Assembly (NCBI RefSeq): GCF_016219575.1
Contig: NZ_JACRMG010000029.1
Span: 167,122-231,121 of the forward strand
Length of the DNA: 64,000 nucleotides
Direction: 5' to 3'
From: Bradyrhizobium sp.
GTDB taxonomy: Bacteria > Pseudomonadota > Alphaproteobacteria > Rhizobiales > Xanthobacteraceae
A program made the position numbers and the translations under genes. The first letter of the stretch is position 1. Each line of letters starts with the position of its first letter. Of this stretch, positions 57,699-64,000 are shown in pieces. The notes under the pieces were generated by a model. The model did not search any database, was not told the origin of the DNA, and saw only the letters and a list, made by a program, of their open reading frames with translations.

Positions 57699-58540
57699 TG
57701 TCGTTGCCTGAAATGCTGTTCTTCTTGTTTCAATGACTTGTATGTCGAATGGCGCGGTTGGAGGTTCATCGCCGTGAACCAGGTCACGCCTTTCTGAAGA
57801 TCGGATGAGGCCTGTATCTCCGCCCGCTCGGTCGTTTCAAAGGCGGAAATCCGCCAAAACGAGGAACACCGCAGGTGTCTGGAAAGTCCGCATGCGGCGA
57901 GGGGTCGCCGCGATGGAACCCGGATGGCGGTGCCGCAGGTCGTCCCGCCGAATGGAATTAACTGTTGCAAATTCAGCGCGACGGGCAAGCCGCTTCGGTT
58001 TACCGGAATCATGTCAAGCCCCAAAATCGAAAATATTTCGCTTTACGGGAATTCTGATTTACGGTAAATGTTCGCCTGTCCCGGCCCGCTGAGGGGCGTT
58101 TCGCGATCGTCACGACACGTTGGGCTGGGGATGCGATGGACGCGGCGATCCCAGGCGTAACGGCCCGGTTCCGAAAGGGGGCGGGGTCCGCCGCCGGACG
58201 AAGGAGCTCCGCGTACGGCGAAGTCGTGTGGTCCTGGCGCCGCGACCCTGGCGTCTATCCGCCCCGCCTGTGCGGGGACGGCAACGGTGACAATAAAGGC
58301 CGCTCACCGGGGAGAGCTCGAAGTAAGCCGTAAAGCCATTGCGCGGGGAAGGCCGGGCTATCCCGGCTGTACCTGTGGTTCAACCCGTGTGCATTTTCTG
58401 TAGCACTCTTCGCACACGGGACTGCGGGCGCAGTCGGCGCCCGGCCTTCCCTGCGCCCTCTTCAGAAGAGAGGGCCGACGAGATTGCAGGACTCGGGCAA
58501 ACCATGCCGCGAGAACGAGAACACATGCCGCAACTCGACT

Positions 58541-58662
58541 GTCGTCCCGGCGCAGGCCGGGACCCATACGCCGCGGCGGAATTTGTCTTGGCGCAATGGC
58601 GGTCGGCTTTCCCTCAACAATATCGACCTGTGATTATGGGCCCCGGCCTGTGCCGGGGCGAC
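58541..58662. repeat. MITE/REP-like element, family B copy 2
   Basis: GTCGTCCCGGCGCAGGCCGGGACCCATACGCCGCGG … TATGGGCCCCGGCCTGTGCCGGGGCGAC. The left arm is identical to copy 1 over 36 nt. Confidence 0.7.
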
Positions 58663-59056
58663 ATGCGGGGAGGGACGCGGACCAAAAACGTCACCCCTTC
58701 TGACCATTCTTTGGCATTGCGGCCATTGGGCTTTCTCGTCTAGAACGGCCCGGCACGGGGTACTGCGGCAACGAACCGTCAACGGTTTTGACCGAGGATT
58801 CCCTGCCTGTAGGGTTTGGCAATGCTGATTCGCGGCGAAAATTGCGGGATTTCGGGTGGACTGGCTTCGGCCGGCCGCGCGCCTGCGATTCCGGCTGCGT
58901 CCCTGCCCACCCTCCTTATTGGCGGGCTTCTGCTTCTTATCGGCCCCTGAGGGCCGTCTGGGCGGTTTGCGCCTGGGCACTCAGGGGTTCGCGTGAGATC
59001 GAGAAAACCCTTCAGCGCCCACTGACCGGCGCACTACCCAAAAGGAATTTGCAGAC

Positions 59057-60622
<1,566 letters not shown>

Positions 60623-60635
60623 CGCGCGAAAGCGC

Positions 60636-60715
60636 GTCATTCCGGGGCGCGCATTAGCGCGAACCCGAAATCTCGAGATTCCGGGTCTGGTGCTTGCGCA
60701 CCATCCCGGAATGAC
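60636..60715. repeat. palindromic element, family C
   Basis: GTCATTCCGGGGCGCGC…AACCCGAAATCTCGAGATTCCGGGT…CATCCCGGAATGAC. Only one copy lies in the window. Confidence 0.55.
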
Positions 60716-60729
60716 GATCGAAAGATTCA

Positions 60730-60754
60730 CGCGGCGCTTCGGCGCCGCGTTTTG
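60730..60754 (+). terminator. rho-independent terminator after leuA
   Basis: CGCGGCGC-TTCG-GCGCCGCG followed by TTTTG. Confidence 0.65.
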
Positions 60755-60928
60755 CTTATGTGGGCAGGCTTCTTTACGGACATGACCCCGCATATTGCAT
60801 CGCAGCATCGTCCGTGAACGAGGCCCTGCTAAGAGGCAATAGCCTTGCGGGCGGAACGCCTGTATTGGTGTGCCGGGATGATCGCGGGGTGCGTCAAGCG
60901 CCCCGGCAATAAAACCGGGAGGGACTGA

Positions 60929-61930
60929 ATGCGGAAAATCCTGTTGGCGGCGGCCTCGATCGCAGCGCTTGCCTTGGTCGGACCGGCGACGGCGCAGACG
61001 CCGATCGTCATCAAGTTCAGCCATGTGGTGGCGACCAACACGCCGAAGGGGCTGGCTGCCGAAAAGTTCAAGGAGCTCGCCGAGAAGTACACCGCCGGCA
61101 AGGTGAAGGTCGAGGTCTACCCGAACTCGCAGCTCTACAAGGACAAGGAAGAGCTGGAGGCGCTGCAACTCGGCGCGGTGCAGATGCTGGCGCCGTCGAA
61201 CGCGAAGTTCGGCCCGATCGGCGTCAAGGAGTTCGAGGTGTTCGACCTTCCCTATGTCCTTCCGGACACCAAGGCGCTGCGCAAGGTCACCGACGGGCCG
61301 CTCGGCGCCAAGCTCCTGAAGCTGCTCGATGCCAAGGGCATGACCGGCCTCGCCTATTGGGACAACGGCTTCAAGATGATGAGCGCCAACAAGAGGCTCG
61401 TCACGCCCGCCGACTATCGCGGCCTGAAATTCCGCATCCAGTCCTCGAAGGTGCTGGAAGCCCAGTTCCGCGCGCTCGGCGTGGTGCCGCAGGTGATGGC
61501 GTTCTCGGAAGTCTATCAGGCGCTGCAAACCGGCGTCGTCGACGGACAGGAGAACACCTGGTCAAACATCTATACCCAGAAGATGCACGAGGTGCAGAAG
61601 TACATCACCGAGACCAACCACGGCTACATCGGTTACATCGTGGTCGTGAACAAGAAGTTCTGGGATGGCTTGCCGGCGGACGTCCGCGAGCAGTGCGAGA
61701 AGGCGATGAAGGAAGCTACCGCCTACGGCAACGGCCAGTCGCAGAAGGAAAACGACGACGCGCTCGCCGAGATCAAGAAGAGCGGCAAGAGCGAGATCAT
61801 CAAGCTGACGCCGGAGCAGGACGCCGCCATGCGCAAGGCGATGGAGCCGGTCTACAAGGATGTTGCCGGCCGCGTCGGCCAGCCGCTGATCGACGAGTTC
61901 CTGAAGGTGAGCGGGGGCGCGACCAATTGA
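60929..61930 (+). CDS. dctP: TRAP transporter substrate-binding protein, C4-dicarboxylate type
   Basis: 333-aa ORF with a signal peptide, then PIVIKFSHVVATNTPKG…NSQLYKDKEELEALQLG, very DctP-like. Confidence 0.9.
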   Translation: MRKILLAAASIAALALVGPATAQTPIVIKFSHVVATNTPKGLAAEKFKELAEKYTAGKVKVEVYPNSQLYKDKEELEALQLGAVQMLAPSNAKFGPIGVKEFEVFDLPYVLPDTKALRKVTDGPLGAKLLKLLDAKGMTGLAYWDNGFKMMSANKRLVTPADYRGLKFRIQSSKVLEAQFRALGVVPQVMAFSEVYQALQTGVVDGQENTWSNIYTQKMHEVQKYITETNHGYIGYIVVVNKKFWDGLPADVREQCEKAMKEATAYGNGQSQKENDDALAEIKKSGKSEIIKLTPEQDAAMRKAMEPVYKDVAGRVGQPLIDEFLKVSGGATN

Positions 61931-61983
61931 GAAGGGGACTGCCGGCTGACATGATCGAGCCGGCCGGCAGTACGCATTTCTCG

Positions 61984-62070
61984 TGATGCCCGGCCCGGTG
62001 CCGGGCATCCACGTCTTGGCCGGGGGGCGGCAAGCAGGGCGTGGATGGCCGGGACGAGCCCGGCCACGAC
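61984..62070. repeat. composite double-hairpin REP-like element, family A copy 4 (variant, opposite orientation)
   Basis: ATGCCCGGC-ccggt-GCCGGGCAT CCACG …spacer… CGTGG ATGGCCGGG-acgag-CCCGGCCA. It lies between dctP and dctQ. Confidence 0.75.
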
Positions 62071-62083
62071 GAAATAACCGGGA

Positions 62084-62674
62084 GTGGGGGGCACATTGAT
62101 ACTTCTTCGCATCCTCGACAGGCTTGAGGAGATATTGATCGCGACGCTGATGGCGCTCGCGACCACCATCATCTTCATCGCCGTGGTCCACCGCTACCTG
62201 CTGGGTGTGCCCTTCCTGTTTCCGATCCTATTCCCGATCAACCTGTCCTGGGCGCAGGAGCTCTGCATCTACATGTTCGTCTGGGTCGCCAAGTTCGGCG
62301 CCGCCTATGGCGTGCGGACCGGCATCCATGTCGGCGTCGACGTCGTGGTCAATCAGGTCAAGCCGCCCTGGAAGAACGCCATCGTGTTGTTCGGGCTGTT
62401 GTGCGGCGCCTTCTTCACCGCCGTGATCGGCACCATGGGAGCCAAATTCGTGTACGGGCTCTACCATACCGACCAGGTGTCGCCCGATCTCGAGATTCCG
62501 AGCTGGTTCGTCTATCTCTGCATTCCGCTCGGCTCCTATCTGATGTGCTTCCGCTTCCTGCAGGTCGCCTGGAACTACTTCTTCACCGGCGAGCTGCCGC
62601 ATCACGATCACGCCCAGGTCGAGGGCGTCGACGTCACCGAGCCCGGGATTGGTGCAGCGGAGGTGACGCGATGA
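62084..62674 (+). CDS. dctQ: TRAP transporter small permease
   Basis: 196-aa ORF with 4 TM helices. The start is GTG at 62084 or TTG at 62096. Confidence 0.85.
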   Translation: MGGTLILLRILDRLEEILIATLMALATTIIFIAVVHRYLLGVPFLFPILFPINLSWAQELCIYMFVWVAKFGAAYGVRTGIHVGVDVVVNQVKPPWKNAIVLFGLLCGAFFTAVIGTMGAKFVYGLYHTDQVSPDLEIPSWFVYLCIPLGSYLMCFRFLQVAWNYFFTGELPHHDHAQVEGVDVTEPGIGAAEVTR

Positions 62675-63996
62675 CCTCCTTCATCATCTTCGGGCTGCTT
62701 ATCGCGCTGATGCTCACGGGCATGCCGATCTCGATCGCGCTCGGCCTTACCGTGCTGACGTTCATCTACACGATGACCAACGTGCCGACCGAGTCGGTGG
62801 CGCTGAAGCTGTTCACTGGCATCGACAATTTCGAGATCATGGCGATCCCGTTCTTCATCCTGGCCGGTAACTTCCTGACCCATGGCGGCGTCGCCAGACG
62901 CATGATCGATTTTGCGAGGTCGATGGTCGGGCACTGGTATGGCGGTCTGGGTCTGGCCGGCGTGATGGCGTGCGCGCTGTTTGCCGCCGTCTCCGGTTCC
63001 TCGCCCGCGACCGTGATCGCGATCGGCGCGATCATGCTGCCGGCGATGGTGAAGCAGGGATATCCCAAGCGCTTCGGCGCCGGCGTCATCACCACGTCGG
63101 GCGCGCTCGGCATCCTGATCCCGCCCTCGATCGTCATGGTGATCTATTGCGTGGCGACCGGCGGCAGCATCGCGCTCGATCCGGCCGGACATCGCGTGTC
63201 GTCGGCCTCCGTCGGCCAGATGTTCATCGCCGGCGTGATTCCCGGCCTCATGCTAGCGACGCTGCTCGGCGTGACGACCTTCTACCGCGCCTGGCGCAAC
63301 GACTATCCGCGGTTGCCGCGCGCCAGCTGGGGCGAGCGGATCGCCGCGTTCCGCAAATGCGTATGGGGCCTGTTGCTGATCCTGATCGTGCTCGGCGGCA
63401 TCTATGCCGGCATCTTCACGCCGACGGAGGCCGCAGCGATCAGCGCCGTCTACGCCTTCGTGATCGCCGTGTTCGTCTATCGCGACATGTCGCTGAAGGA
63501 CGTGCCGAGGGTGCTGCTCGGCTCCGCCAACATGAGCGCGATGATCCTCTACATCATCACCAATGCGGTGCTGTTCTCTTTCCTGATGGCGAACGAGAAT
63601 ATTCCGCAGCAGATCGCGACCTGGATTTCCTCGATCGGCGTCGACTGGATCATCTTCCTGCTCGTCGTCAACGTGCTGCTGCTGATCGCCGGCAACGTGA
63701 TGGAGCCGTCCTCGATCGTGCTGATCATGGCGCCGATCCTGTTTCCCGTGGCGGTGAAGCTCGGCATCCATCCGGTGCACCTCGGCATCCTGATGGTGGT
63801 CAACATGGAAGTCGGCATGTGCCATCCCCCGGTCGGCCTCAATCTCTATGTCGCCTCCGGCATCGCCAAGATGGGCATCACAGAGCTCACCATCGCGGTG
63901 TGGCCGTGGCTTTTGACCATGCTGATCTTCCTCGGCATCGTCACCTATGTGCCGGAGCTTTCGCTGTGGCTGCCGCGCGCGCTCGGCATGTTGTAG
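62671..63996 (+). CDS. dctM: TRAP transporter large permease
   Basis: Downstream part of ORF 62401..63996. The ATG at 62671 overlaps the dctQ stop (ATGA). The product is a polytopic 441-aa protein. Confidence 0.95.
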   Translation: MTSFIIFGLLIALMLTGMPISIALGLTVLTFIYTMTNVPTESVALKLFTGIDNFEIMAIPFFILAGNFLTHGGVARRMIDFARSMVGHWYGGLGLAGVMACALFAAVSGSSPATVIAIGAIMLPAMVKQGYPKRFGAGVITTSGALGILIPPSIVMVIYCVATGGSIALDPAGHRVSSASVGQMFIAGVIPGLMLATLLGVTTFYRAWRNDYPRLPRASWGERIAAFRKCVWGLLLILIVLGGIYAGIFTPTEAAAISAVYAFVIAVFVYRDMSLKDVPRVLLGSANMSAMILYIITNAVLFSFLMANENIPQQIATWISSIGVDWIIFLLVVNVLLLIAGNVMEPSSIVLIMAPILFPVAVKLGIHPVHLGILMVVNMEVGMCHPPVGLNLYVASGIAKMGITELTIAVWPWLLTMLIFLGIVTYVPELSLWLPRALGML

Positions 63997-64000
63997 CCAA

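Overview
This is a high-GC alphaproteobacterial chromosome segment. The gene order, the tmRNA tag ANDNYAPVAQAA and the many GC-rich palindromic intergenic repeats point to Bradyrhizobiaceae/Nitrobacteraceae (Bradyrhizobium or Rhodopseudomonas-like); that assignment is from memory, not a search. The content is mostly core housekeeping. It includes feoAB, fumC, sspB plus a permuted two-piece tmRNA gene, tctBAC, thyA-folA, hflKC plus a DegP-type protease, serB/miaA, branched-chain amino-acid biosynthesis genes (ilvI, ilvH, ilvC, leuA), a branched-chain-type ABC importer, an osmoprotectant-type ABC importer, a NitT/TauT-type ABC importer, a PPK2 and a dctPQM TRAP system. Looser, accessory-looking stretches lie at 0.9-8 kb (orphan binding protein, acyltransferase-3, esterase, split autotransporter), 35-40 kb (TetR, membrane protein, two LtaS/sulfatase-like paralogues), 45.2-47 kb (lower-GC insert) and 57.1-59 kb (small ORFs and 1.36 kb of non-coding DNA). 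I found no CRISPR array, prophage, IS/transposase, integrase, rRNA or tRNA gene, and no recognisable defence or secondary-metabolite cluster. I cannot honestly point to a novel multi-gene system here. The observations most worth a second look are: (1) two genes interrupted by single-base frameshifts at C/G runs; (2) the permuted ssrA gene next to sspB; (3) an Ile/Leu/Val leader-peptide attenuator upstream of ilvI; (4) ilvI and ilvH separated by a threonine-dehydratase-like gene bracketed by repeats; (5) at least six families of palindromic REP/MITE-like repeats, some inside operons; (6) a duplicated 19-bp operator next to a TetR gene; (7) a BlaI repressor left with only a stump of its BlaR1 partner. 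The many long ORFs antisense to real genes are high-GC shadow ORFs and were rejected. Start codons were chosen by eye from Shine-Dalgarno context and family N-termini. All family assignments come from motif recognition, not database searches.
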